Part shown: one piece after another, positions 1-10,207 of the stretch | Numbering within the stretch: position 1 is the stretch's first letter | Layout: the number at the start of each line of letters is the position of its first letter | DNA from: Promethearchaeota archaeon Loki_b32 | GTDB taxonomy: Archaea; Asgardarchaeota; Lokiarchaeia; Sigyniarchaeales; SOKP01 | Length of the DNA stretch: 64,000 bases | Direction: 5' to 3' | NCBI GenBank assembly: GCA_005223125.1 | Contig: NJBH01000008.1 | Location: 64,001-128,000 of the forward strand | Translations under genes and position numbers: made by a program | The notes under the pieces: model-generated | What the model was told of the DNA's origin: nothing | Seen by the model: the letters and a program-made list of their open reading frames with translations, nothing else | The model's database searches: none

Positions 1-1
1 A

Positions 2-556
2 GAGATTCCTGGAGTTAAAAATGTATCCTTTGGAACTGGTGAGGGAGAACAGGATATGATGTCCAATTTTCAACCTCCCCCAGGGATGCCTAATATTGAT
101 CCGGCGATGATCCAAGCACGAATGCGAGAAGTATTATCTGACCCTAAGAAATTAATCATGGCATGGAAGCGTATGCCAATGGCTGCTGGATTGTTTCTAA
201 ATGCCCCCTTAGCAATGAAGAAACAAATTGCAAATATGTTTGATGATAAGCTCTTAGAAGAAGTTCCAGATACAATTAAAGAAGAGATAATTAAAATAAA
301 GAAGGGGGAATTTAAAGAAGAGGAAGAACAATTGGAACCTTCTATATCGATCTCATGTGAGAGTGGGGGAAAACAATTGCCATTAATAATTCAAAAAATT
401 AATGAAAATGACATTAAGATAAAAAACGTGAATATGCATCAACCTACTTTAGAAGATGTATTTTTACATTATGTTGGATCGGCAATTCGGGAAGAATCTT
501 CAAATTTTTCTAAGGATGTAAAAAAAATAATTCAAATGAAACAATTAAGGAAGTGA
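2..556 (+). CDS. C-terminal part of an ABC-2 (DrrA-like) exporter ATP-binding subunit; 5' end lies outside the window
   Basis: Frame is open from position 2. C-terminal 'PTLEDVFLHYVG' motif typical of DrrA/NodI-type ATPases. Directly upstream of an ABC-2 permease. Confidence 0.8.
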   Translation, partial: EIPGVKNVSFGTGEGEQDMMSNFQPPPGMPNIDPAMIQARMREVLSDPKKLIMAWKRMPMAAGLFLNAPLAMKKQIANMFDDKLLEEVPDTIKEEIIKIKKGEFKEEEEQLEPSISISCESGGKQLPLIIQKINENDIKIKNVNMHQPTLEDVFLHYVGSAIREESSNFSKDVKKIIQMKQLRK

Positions 557-561
557 GGTAG

Positions 562-1347
562 ATGTCTGATTTAAATATTGTAAAATCAAAAGTAAATTAT
601 AACGCAGTGTGGATATTAGCGAAAAGAGAGTTAATGAGTTTCTGGAGAAACAAATCAAGAGTAATATCATCGATAGCCCAAGGTTTATTATTTCTCTTCG
701 TATTTGGGGCAGGATTCTCTCGAATTGACATAGTTATTGATGGTAGTAATATTGACTCGAGAGCATTTACCGCTTCAGGAATCGCAGCAATGGTTATCTT
801 ATTTACGGGCATTTTTGGTGGTATGTCAATTTTTCGAGATAAAATGTTTGGATTCATGAAAGAGTTAATGGTAGCACCAGTAAGTCGCAGAACCCTGATG
901 TTAGGAAGAACTGTAGGTATTGCTTTACAAACTATGTTACAAGTCCTAATAATCATAGGATTAAGTGTTGCAATAGGATATTTTGGTTATGACCTTAGTT
1001 TAATATGGCGCGTAATGTTGATTTTGCCCGTAGCTTTTTTATCAAGTCTTGGAATCGTAGGGATAGGCTTAACAATAAGTACTCGCTTAAACGACATGCA
1101 ATCTTTTGGATTGATACAAACATTTATAGTAATGCCGATGATGTGGCTTTCGGGAGCCTTAATCCCACTTCCTATACAGATTACAATGTTTAATCCTTTC
1201 ACATATAGTGTGGATCTATTCCGGTTTGTTTTAGTAGGCGTATCGTATTTTCCATTTTGGATTGATATTCTAGTTGCAGCGATCTTTGGAGCAGTTTTAA
1301 TATTAATAGGAGCTCAATCATTTAATAAAATGGAAATAAGCCAATAA
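562..1347 (+). CDS. ABC-2 type exporter permease
   Basis: About 6 TM segments; 'RDKMFGFMKELMVAPVSR', 'LSGALIP' and 'NPFTYSVD' motifs. Confidence 0.9.
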   Translation: MSDLNIVKSKVNYNAVWILAKRELMSFWRNKSRVISSIAQGLLFLFVFGAGFSRIDIVIDGSNIDSRAFTASGIAAMVILFTGIFGGMSIFRDKMFGFMKELMVAPVSRRTLMLGRTVGIALQTMLQVLIIIGLSVAIGYFGYDLSLIWRVMLILPVAFLSSLGIVGIGLTISTRLNDMQSFGLIQTFIVMPMMWLSGALIPLPIQITMFNPFTYSVDLFRFVLVGVSYFPFWIDILVAAIFGAVLILIGAQSFNKMEISQ

Positions 1348-1409
1348 TTAATATTCTTTTTATTTAGGATTAGAAATTAATAGCAAAAGTAATAACGGTT
1401 AATTGTAAA

Positions 1410-3176
1410 ATGAATTCTGCTCGAATGATTTTCAAGTACTGGCTAAAATCTAGAAAAATTTTTATTTTAGAATTTATATTTTTATTATTTTCTACAACTT
1501 GCTATACCATCACACCAATCTTTATCGGGAGAATGGTTGGAGGATTAGATCCAAATCTTCCAACAAGTACAAATGTTATAGGGATTGTTTTTAATTTTGC
1601 AATGGTATTAGTATTCGCATCATTACGTTATTTTTTTAATAGGTTTGCTCGACTCAATGGAGCAGAAGTCTCATCAAGAGCAGTCTATTATTTACGTACT
1701 GATATTAGTAATGCAATTTATCGCCAATCTTTTTCTTATTTTGATAAAACTGAAACTGGGCAATTAATTTCCCGAGCTACAAGTGATATTGAAGAAACTC
1801 AACAAATATTTGGTATGGGATTGACCCTAGGTTTGCAATCCATTCTTCAGATTGGTGGAATCATCGTTGGATTTTTTATTTTTAGTATTGAATTATCCTT
1901 TCTTTTAGGAGTAGCTATTTTTCTATCTCTTTTGTTATCATACTATATTGCTAAGAAATTAAAACCAATCTTCTTGGAAACAAGAGAAAGTTTTGGTGAT
2001 TTAACTAACACAATAAGAGAAAATATTGTTGGTGCTCAAGTTGTACGAATTTTTAGTACTCAAAATAAAGAACTTCAAAAGTTTAAAAGAAATAATGAAA
2101 GGTTTTATCGAGCAAGTGTCGATTCTGTAAAATATAATTCATTTTATATGCCATATATTTATGTCATAATGGGTGTTATAACAATTTTTACTTTATTTAT
2201 AGGGGGTATTAGATTTATTAATGGAACAATGAATTTAGACACAATTATTACTTTACTTTCTTATGTTGCAGCTCTAGGATTTCCTTTAATGGCTTTAGGG
2301 CAAATTATGCTAGCTTACATTCAAGCAGATGCCGCTCTTACTCGTGTAAGAGAAGTATTGGAATCTAGTCCGGATATAGAAGATTTACCAGATGCAATGC
2401 AAATTTCAATTTTAAAAGGAGATATTGAATTTGAAAATGTTTCTTTTGGATATACCTCAGATCATAGAATATTAAAGAATATATCATTTTCTATTGCTGC
2501 AGGAAAAAAACTTGCGATTTTAGGTACAACAGGATCAGGTAAATCTACGATCATTAATTTAATCCCTCGTTTTTATGAATTAACTGAGGGAAGTATCAGA
2601 ATTGATCAACGAGATATAAAATATTATTTATTAAAGGACTTACGTAAAAATATTGGCATTGTCTCACAAGAGACCTTTCTTTTTAACAAAAGTATTGCTG
2701 ATAATATTGCCTATGGAAAAGAGGACGCAACAATAGATGAAATAATTAAAGTTGCCAAAATAGCTGATTTGCACGACTTTATTATTCAATTACCGAACGG
2801 ATATGATTCAACCGTAGGAGAAAGAGGGACGCGTTTATCGGGGGGACAAAAACAACGTTTATCTATAGCAAGAGCTCTTTTAATTAAACCTAAAATCTTG
2901 ATTCTTGATGATAGTACAAGTTCGGTTGATGTTGAAACCGAATATAATATACAACAAGCTTTAGCAAAAATAATGAAAGGGATAACAACTATTATTATTA
3001 CACAAAGAATTTCAACTATTAGAGGAGCAGATTGTATTTTAATTTTAGATAGGGGCCGCGTTGTAGGTTTTGGCACTCACAACGATTTAATTAACTCAAA
3101 TGTTTTATATAAACAAATGTATGAAACTTTATATCAAAAACAAATGTCGAAGGTTAAAAAAGGAGAGAGTGTATAA
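1410..3176 (+). CDS. Heterodimeric ABC exporter subunit (TMD+NBD) with degenerate catalytic residues
   Basis: Walker A GTTGSGKS, signature LSGGQ, Walker B ILDDS (D for the catalytic E), switch ITQR (Q for H). Confidence 0.92.
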   Translation: MNSARMIFKYWLKSRKIFILEFIFLLFSTTCYTITPIFIGRMVGGLDPNLPTSTNVIGIVFNFAMVLVFASLRYFFNRFARLNGAEVSSRAVYYLRTDISNAIYRQSFSYFDKTETGQLISRATSDIEETQQIFGMGLTLGLQSILQIGGIIVGFFIFSIELSFLLGVAIFLSLLLSYYIAKKLKPIFLETRESFGDLTNTIRENIVGAQVVRIFSTQNKELQKFKRNNERFYRASVDSVKYNSFYMPYIYVIMGVITIFTLFIGGIRFINGTMNLDTIITLLSYVAALGFPLMALGQIMLAYIQADAALTRVREVLESSPDIEDLPDAMQISILKGDIEFENVSFGYTSDHRILKNISFSIAAGKKLAILGTTGSGKSTIINLIPRFYELTEGSIRIDQRDIKYYLLKDLRKNIGIVSQETFLFNKSIADNIAYGKEDATIDEIIKVAKIADLHDFIIQLPNGYDSTVGERGTRLSGGQKQRLSIARALLIKPKILILDDSTSSVDVETEYNIQQALAKIMKGITTIIITQRISTIRGADCILILDRGRVVGFGTHNDLINSNVLYKQMYETLYQKQMSKVKKGESV

Positions 3177-3192
3177 ATAGGAGCTGATAAAA

Positions 3193-5412
3193 ATAAGTAA
3201 AGATGAACATAAAGGTAATGATGAAGAAGAAAAAGAGATTATAAAACCAAGTGCTAGTACACGTCATCGATTTTTGCTAGAAGGGGATAAATCGCCTTTA
3301 AATCATCCAAGAAAAGTATTATGGAGTTGGTTAATATCATATTTAAAGCCAATGAAATTGAAATTCTTGCTTTATTTTCTCTTTCTTTTAATAGGAACAA
3401 TTATCACAGCTCTAAGTCCTATTTTTTCAGCGAATATCATTGATAGAGGTATTGTCTTGAGGGATTTTTATTATATTAATATAATGAGTTCATTATATCT
3501 TTCATTAATCATTATTATGGCCATAACTAGTTATATTGCCCAGTATGGGATGGGAAAAATTTCTCAAAAAGTAACTTTACAAATTAGAAATGACCTTTTT
3601 TACAAATTACAGGATATGTCTTTAGGGTATTTTGATCAAAGATCTTCAGGAGAAATAATATCTATTATGACTAACGATGTTACATTACTAAATCAATTAG
3701 TAGGAGGTCAATTTGTGCAAATATTAACAAGTGCTGTTTCAATTGGATTAACCGTTGTTTTCATGTTTTTACTCAATCCTTTTTTAGCTTTAATCAGTTT
3801 AGTCATTTTTCCTTTTTTTTTCACAATTACTCACTTTTTCAAAAAAGTTGCCATTAGGTTATTTAAACAATCTAGAAAAACAATAGGAAAGGTAACTTCT
3901 TCAATCCAAGAGAATATTGAGGGTGCAAAAGTAGTTCAAGCATACGGTCAAGAAAAACGAGCATCAACTGAATTTGATCAAGCTAATACCGCAAATTATA
4001 ATATAATGGTTAAAATCCGAAAATATATGGCAACAATATTTCCTTTGATTACTCTCGTTACTACTATTCTTACCGCATGCATTTTATTAGCAGGAGGGTT
4101 TGTATCGTTAGGGAACGTCTCGATTTTTGGATTTACAGTAACTGTAGGTGTTCTTAGTGCCTTTATCACGATTTTGGGCCAGTTTTTTCGCCCTTTTATG
4201 TCAATAATGCAGATTCAGCAGATTATTGAGTCATCAATGGCAGCTAGTGATCGAATCTATACTTTATTAGAAGAAGAAGTTGAAATTCCAGATTCAGTTA
4301 ATCCAGAGATATTTAATCAAATAAACGGTGCGATAGAATTTAACAATATTAGTTTTGGATATTCATTCAATAACAATAATGGTAATAAAAAAGCAACTAA
4401 AGAAAAATCTTTATTTAAACATACGAAATTAAATAATGCTTTGCCACCAGAAACTATACTAAAAATGGTTAAAGTTTTGGAACGCTCTCTTCAGTCTAAG
4501 ACAGGTTTTCAACAGAGTACTGGAATGGGAGGTGGTGGAAATGGATTGATGGGTGGTGATATGAAGCAATCGTCACCTCAATCAATACTGCAAATGCTAG
4601 CAAATATATCTCTCCCTCCTGAGATTATGGATGTTATTCCAAAAATTGTAAAAGATGCTATTGACGAACAAAAAGTACTTATTCAACATAAAAAATCTAA
4701 GGGTTTTGTCTTAAAGGATCTTTATTTAAACGTATCTCCTGGTACCACTCTTGCAATTGTAGGAGAGACAGGAGCAGGAAAGACTACATTGATTAAATTA
4801 ATTGCCCATTTCTATGATATTAGTGAAGGAGAGATCCTTATTGATGGGATTGACATTGGAAAAGTTCGTAAAAAAGATTTGAGAGATAAAATAGGTATTG
4901 TCCCACAAGATGCATTTCTTTTTACAGGAACTATTCGTGAAAATCTTCTATATGCTTATGATAATTATACTCCAGAACTAGAGGAAAAGATGATTCAAGT
5001 CTCAAAATTTTTAGGATTACATAATTTTATTGATACTTTGCATAAGAAATATGATACAAAACTAAAAGAAAATGGCAGTAATATCTCAATCGGACAAAGA
5101 CAATTAATTGCCTTTGCTCGAGCTTTGATAACTGATCCAAAGATTCTAGTTCTAGATGAGGCAACATCTTCAGTGGATCCTTATACAGAAACATTGATTC
5201 AAGATGCGTTAAACAAGGCGCGTAAAGGCCGTACAACAATAATTATTGCTCATCGTCTTTCAACAATTAAAAACGCTGATCTTATAATTGTTTTAAATGC
5301 TGACGAGAAAGGAATAATAGAACAAGGGGACCATGAAAGTTTATTAGCTTTAAACGGTAAATATAAACGTCTTTTAGAAATGCAACGCCGAGATATTGAA
5401 ATTAGTGATTGA
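3193..5412 (+). CDS. Heterodimeric ABC exporter partner subunit (TMD+NBD) with a ~110-aa NBD insertion; start uncertain (ATA 3193 or TTG 3274)
   Basis: GETGAGKT, ISIGQ, VLDEA and AHR motifs. Frame open from 3181. AGGAGCTGATAA precedes ATA at 3193. Confidence 0.88.
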   Translation: MSKDEHKGNDEEEKEIIKPSASTRHRFLLEGDKSPLNHPRKVLWSWLISYLKPMKLKFLLYFLFLLIGTIITALSPIFSANIIDRGIVLRDFYYINIMSSLYLSLIIIMAITSYIAQYGMGKISQKVTLQIRNDLFYKLQDMSLGYFDQRSSGEIISIMTNDVTLLNQLVGGQFVQILTSAVSIGLTVVFMFLLNPFLALISLVIFPFFFTITHFFKKVAIRLFKQSRKTIGKVTSSIQENIEGAKVVQAYGQEKRASTEFDQANTANYNIMVKIRKYMATIFPLITLVTTILTACILLAGGFVSLGNVSIFGFTVTVGVLSAFITILGQFFRPFMSIMQIQQIIESSMAASDRIYTLLEEEVEIPDSVNPEIFNQINGAIEFNNISFGYSFNNNNGNKKATKEKSLFKHTKLNNALPPETILKMVKVLERSLQSKTGFQQSTGMGGGGNGLMGGDMKQSSPQSILQMLANISLPPEIMDVIPKIVKDAIDEQKVLIQHKKSKGFVLKDLYLNVSPGTTLAIVGETGAGKTTLIKLIAHFYDISEGEILIDGIDIGKVRKKDLRDKIGIVPQDAFLFTGTIRENLLYAYDNYTPELEEKMIQVSKFLGLHNFIDTLHKKYDTKLKENGSNISIGQRQLIAFARALITDPKILVLDEATSSVDPYTETLIQDALNKARKGRTTIIIAHRLSTIKNADLIIVLNADEKGIIEQGDHESLLALNGKYKRLLEMQRRDIEISD

Positions 5413-5509
5413 ATGCTAATTTCTTAATATTTTATGTACTTTATCTTTAGAATTTTTAATAAATCTAAATTAGAATCTTTCTTTTAATCTATATCATAAA
5501 TTATTAAAT

Positions 5510-6313
5510 TTGGTGATTAAAATTCCATATTTCGAATATTCAGGAAAACAAATTTTTTACCAGATTAAAGATAATAATTCTCAAAACACGCTTGTTTTTA
5601 TACATGGGGCAGGAGAAAATTCAAATATTTGGGAGAATCAATTTTATTTAAATATAGAATATAATATTATTGCAATTGATTTACCTTCTCATAATAAATC
5701 TAACTCATTTCCAGAATTATCTTTGGATTTATATGTCGACGTTGTTAAGAAGCTCGTTGATTCACTGAAACCTAAAAATCTAATTTTAGGGGGACATTCT
5801 ATGGGAGGAGTTGTTATACAGGAATATTATTTTAGATATCCAAATGATGTCACTGCTTTAATTCTTTGCTCAACAGGAGGCAAAATGCGAGTAGGTCAAT
5901 TAATCTTTAATTCAATAAAACCTAATTACCAAGAGTATTTGAACTATTTAAAAGTAGGATTTTTCTATAAGAAAACTTCTAAAAAATTAATTGAAAACGT
6001 GATTTTGGAGACTTCTCAAATAGATCCAGATGTGACTTATAGGGATTTTAAAATTTGTGATGCTTTTGATACATTAGATAAAACAAGTTCCATTGAAATC
6101 CCATGCTTAATTATTTGCGGGAAGGCCGATCAACTCACACCTGTAAAATATTCACAATTTTTTCATGATAAAATCATTAACTCAAAACTATGTATTATTG
6201 AGAAAGCAGGTCATGGTGTTATGTTAGAAAAACCAAGGGAAGTAAATACTGCAATCGAGAGTTTTATTAATATAGAGAGTTTCATTGATAATTATTTAGA
6301 GAATAATGATTAG
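5510..6313 (+). CDS. Alpha/beta hydrolase
   Basis: HGAG, nucleophile elbow GHSMGG, 'GKADQLTP' and 'AGH'. Confidence 0.9.
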   Translation: MVIKIPYFEYSGKQIFYQIKDNNSQNTLVFIHGAGENSNIWENQFYLNIEYNIIAIDLPSHNKSNSFPELSLDLYVDVVKKLVDSLKPKNLILGGHSMGGVVIQEYYFRYPNDVTALILCSTGGKMRVGQLIFNSIKPNYQEYLNYLKVGFFYKKTSKKLIENVILETSQIDPDVTYRDFKICDAFDTLDKTSSIEIPCLIICGKADQLTPVKYSQFFHDKIINSKLCIIEKAGHGVMLEKPREVNTAIESFINIESFIDNYLENND

Positions 6314-6332
6314 ATGCTAGGAAATTTAGTAT

Positions 6333-6533
6333 CTATTTCCTTCCAATTCCAAAAAGATGGCCTTTATGTAGAAATGCTTTGGTTATTTTCGCACCAGCAT
6401 CAAGTAATTCCTGCTTACATTCTTCCTCTGTATAAAACTCTATCTCCTTGTAAATATAGTTCACCCATTTAATAAATGGATTTAAAATTCCATGGTTAAT
6501 ATCTGGTATTGGTACAAATCCATGAATAATCAC
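6333..6533 (-). pseudogene. Short ORF, possibly a C-terminal remnant of a SAM methyltransferase
   Basis: 'FYTEEECKQELLDAGAK...LFGIGRK' resembles class I methyltransferase C-termini; no N-terminal part is present. Confidence 0.3.
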
Positions 6534-6658
6534 AATTCCATTTATTTAATGGATGTGTGAAATAAAATAGAATCCTTATTAAGATATAATAGAAGCTTTT
6601 AATTTTATTATTTATATAAATTTTATTTAATAAGTAAAAATTCTATTTACTTTTAGGT

Positions 6659-7456
6659 ATGCGCGAATATACATATGGTCCATTTCAATCAAGGCGATTA
6701 GGACTTTCGCTTGGTGTAAATGTTTTAGCTAACTATAAGTTGTGTACATTCAATTGCGTATATTGTGAAATTGGTTTAACTGAAAAAAATAATTTAGTTT
6801 CTCCTAAGCATAGGATAAATTTGCCACCATCACCACATTTTAATAAAGAGTTAAAATCTATTTTAAGATATGTTCCACATTTAAACTCGATCACATTTGG
6901 CTATAACGGAGAACCTACTCTGAATGAAAATCTATTAGATTTCTTAAAAATTGCTACGATTGTGAGAAAAGAACTAGATTGGATAGGTGAAAAACCAATT
7001 CTTACATTATTTACAAATTCAAGTACATTATATTTCGATGAGATTAGAGAGAGAGTTAACAAATTTGAGTTAGTATTAGCAAAATTCGATGTTGCAAATG
7101 ATCAGGATTTTGAGAGAACAAATCGTCCACATTATGAAACACAAAGTATAGAATCTATAATTGAGTCTTTAATAAAATTGAAAAGAGAAATGCCTAAAGA
7201 ACATAAATTAGCGATTCAAAGTTTAATCTTTAATTCATATAAAAAAGATTTTATTTCAAATAATAATTCCAGAAATGTTCTCGATTTGGCGTATGCTTTA
7301 AAAAGGATAAAACCGGACATTGTGCAAATTTATTCTAATGCAAGAATTCCCGCTGAATATTTTGTTTTCGCTATTGACGACGAAAGGAAAAGAGAGATCG
7401 CATCGATCTTTAAAGAGATAATCGATAATGAAAAAACTGAAATATTAATTTATTAA
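6659..7456 (+). CDS. Radical SAM protein
   Basis: 'YGPFQSRRLGLSLGVN', CxxxCxxC (CTFNCVYC) and GEPTL. Confidence 0.92.
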   Translation: MREYTYGPFQSRRLGLSLGVNVLANYKLCTFNCVYCEIGLTEKNNLVSPKHRINLPPSPHFNKELKSILRYVPHLNSITFGYNGEPTLNENLLDFLKIATIVRKELDWIGEKPILTLFTNSSTLYFDEIRERVNKFELVLAKFDVANDQDFERTNRPHYETQSIESIIESLIKLKREMPKEHKLAIQSLIFNSYKKDFISNNNSRNVLDLAYALKRIKPDIVQIYSNARIPAEYFVFAIDDERKREIASIFKEIIDNEKTEILIY

Positions 7457-7561
7457 TTCATAGAAAGACTTTTATTTCTATAATAATATTTTGAAGTATT
7501 CGAAATCTTAATATTATTCAGAGGTTAAGGAAAACACAGAAAAATTGAATGTGAGATAATA

Positions 7562-8566
7562 GTGGATGAAAAATTTATTGCTGGAGTAGATATTGGAGGT
7601 ACTTGGGTTCGAGTTGCTATCTGTACAGCAGATTTAAATGAAAAAAATATTAAAAAAAGAATTACAGCAACATTAAAGGAAAATGAATATTCAATTAGTA
7701 ATTCAGTATGCCAAATTTTATCGGAGTTACTATCTGAAAACAATATTACAAAAGAACAGATTTTAGGAATAGGGATTGCTACCGCAGGTCCTTTAAACAT
7801 GGAAAAAGGAGAGGTTTTTAATAATGCTAATCTCGGATTTAGAGTAATTCCCCTAAAAGAACCAATTAAAGAGAAATTTCCTGAAAATCCTGTATATTTT
7901 ATTAATGATTGTAATGGGAGTGTTTTAGGTGTACATTTCTTTGAAGCCGAAGACTATGAGAAAGACAATTTAGTATATATAACTATGTCTACTGGTGTTG
8001 GAGGAGGCGTTATTTGTAATGGACATTTATTATTAGGAAAAGAAGGGAATGCAGCAGAAATAGGACACACATTAGTTGAACCAAAAAGTAAAGCTCAGTG
8101 CAATTGTGGTGCGCATGGGTGCTGGGAAGCTTTTAGTTCTGGAACAGGTGTTCGAAACAGAGCATTAGATGCATTACGAGAAGGAAAACTTAATGCAGGT
8201 ATATTGATGAGCATTGTAGAAAAAGATAAATCGAGGATAACAGCTAAAGAGATTTTTCAAGCTGCAAGAGAAGGCGATGAATTATCTAAAAAGATAGTTA
8301 ATTATTGTGTTTTCTATACCAAAGTAGGAGTTGGTATAGTAAATAATTATTATGATTGTACATCTATTTATTTTGGAGGAGCAATGATGAAAGATAAAGA
8401 ACAGATAATTCCTCAAATAATTAGACAATTTGAGAGAGATCCCATTAAATTTACAAGCAATCATCCCCCAAAAATAAAATTAACAAAATATAAGGATGAA
8501 ATTGGATTAAGAGGTGCTTTAGCTCTCGTTAAATACAAAATTGAAAACAATATAATAATTTCCTAA
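7562..8566 (+). CDS. ROK family sugar kinase (glucokinase-like)
   Basis: DIGGT, NDCN, STGVGGG, EIGH and CNCGAHGCWE. Confidence 0.92.
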   Translation: MDEKFIAGVDIGGTWVRVAICTADLNEKNIKKRITATLKENEYSISNSVCQILSELLSENNITKEQILGIGIATAGPLNMEKGEVFNNANLGFRVIPLKEPIKEKFPENPVYFINDCNGSVLGVHFFEAEDYEKDNLVYITMSTGVGGGVICNGHLLLGKEGNAAEIGHTLVEPKSKAQCNCGAHGCWEAFSSGTGVRNRALDALREGKLNAGILMSIVEKDKSRITAKEIFQAAREGDELSKKIVNYCVFYTKVGVGIVNNYYDCTSIYFGGAMMKDKEQIIPQIIRQFERDPIKFTSNHPPKIKLTKYKDEIGLRGALALVKYKIENNIIIS

Positions 8567-8582
8567 TTAAGACAGAAATAAG

Positions 8583-10013
8583 ATGGAAGTAAGGAACTTA
8601 ATCTTTACATTGAGTGGAATTAGAGGATTAGCCAATAAAGACCTTAATTTTAATACCGTTAAAAAAATCGCAATCGCCTATGGGGAATGGTTTAACAATA
8701 AAGATAGGAAAATTATCATAGGTCGAGATACTAGACCAAGCGGGACCCTTATTGAACGAGCAATAATTGAGGGCCTAATTATATCAGGTTTTAAAATAGT
8801 AAATCTGGGAATATGCCCTACACCAGTAATTATTCATACTAAAAACAAATTAAATTTGCACGGAGGCATCATTATAACTGGCTCTCATAACCCTCAAGAA
8901 TGGAATGGGTTAAAACTACTATCTACTAAAACATTTTTAGATAATAATGATTTAGAAATTATCTCCAACCATTTAAAAACTATTGATTTGAATTCTTATA
9001 AAACTGCACTATCAGATTCAGAAAACAGTGTAAAAAGTCTGAATCCTATTACAAATTATGTTCAAGATTTGCTTAATTATATTGATTACAGAGAAGTAAA
9101 GAGCCATAATAATCTCAAGATAGTTATTGATACAGGAGCAGGAGCCGGGAAATTAGTAACACCTAAAGTTTTAAGCGAATTGGGATGTGATATAAAACTT
9201 ATTAACGATGAGTTACTTGTAAATGAAGACTTTCCACGAGAAATTGAACCCATAAAGCGTAACCTCACAGATTTGATAATGGAAGTATGGCAAGGGAAGT
9301 ATGATATTGGATTTGCTCATGATACAGATGCAGATAGGTTAGCAATTATTGGAGAAAATGGAGTTTGTTACCCAGAAGATATTGGATTAGCGCTAATTAC
9401 AGAATATTATTTAAAAAACCAAGAAGATAGTAATAAAGAAATAAGTTTTGTAACTAATTTGGCATCTTCATTAAGGTTTGAAGCGATTGCTGAAAAATAT
9501 AATGCTAAGGTTATTAGAACCCCCATAGGAGAGAGATTTCTTACCCAAGAAATGGATAATTTATTATTGAAATCATCAAAGAACCAACTAGTTTTTGGTG
9601 GAGAGGGGTCATGTGGAGGTTTTATGTTTCCATATTTCAACAATACGAGAGATGGAATTTTTGCTGCAGCAAAAATAGTAGAAATTTTGGTGAAAACAGG
9701 AGAAAAAGTATCTAATTTAGTAGCAGAATTACCTAAATATTATTCACATCGAATAAAAATTAATATTAAAAATTTAGATCCCAATTTAATTATTAACAAA
9801 TTAAAAAATGAGTTGATTAATGAAGGGGAACATGTAGAGCAAATTAATAATGATCTTAGATTTGGTCAAGGAAAAGATTGGTTTGTTCTCATTCATCCCT
9901 CAAATACAGAGTCAGTAATTAGGATTATAAGTGAAGCAAAAAGGGAATCACTAGCAAGAGTTTATTGTGAAGCAACATCTGAACTTGTGAAACTAGTGAT
10001 CGATAGCATGTAA
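8583..10013 (+). CDS. Phosphohexomutase (PMM/PGM/GlmM family)
   Basis: SGIRG, GRDTR, TGSHNP, DTDADR and GGEGS. Confidence 0.92.
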   Translation: MEVRNLIFTLSGIRGLANKDLNFNTVKKIAIAYGEWFNNKDRKIIIGRDTRPSGTLIERAIIEGLIISGFKIVNLGICPTPVIIHTKNKLNLHGGIIITGSHNPQEWNGLKLLSTKTFLDNNDLEIISNHLKTIDLNSYKTALSDSENSVKSLNPITNYVQDLLNYIDYREVKSHNNLKIVIDTGAGAGKLVTPKVLSELGCDIKLINDELLVNEDFPREIEPIKRNLTDLIMEVWQGKYDIGFAHDTDADRLAIIGENGVCYPEDIGLALITEYYLKNQEDSNKEISFVTNLASSLRFEAIAEKYNAKVIRTPIGERFLTQEMDNLLLKSSKNQLVFGGEGSCGGFMFPYFNNTRDGIFAAAKIVEILVKTGEKVSNLVAELPKYYSHRIKINIKNLDPNLIINKLKNELINEGEHVEQINNDLRFGQGKDWFVLIHPSNTESVIRIISEAKRESLARVYCEATSELVKLVIDSM

Positions 10014-10207
10014 TAGGGTTTTAGTTTTTTTTTAAACTTGGAATGTACTAAAACTTCTCCTTTTAATTTTAAATTTAGTTGATTATTTTAGAATATCATT
10101 TAGTAATAGACCAATAGGGTTAAAACTTTACAATGTTTTAAAAAGATTTAATAGACCTTGAAGCATAATAGTATACATTAAAAAAAAAAATTAGTAGGGA
10201 CGATATT

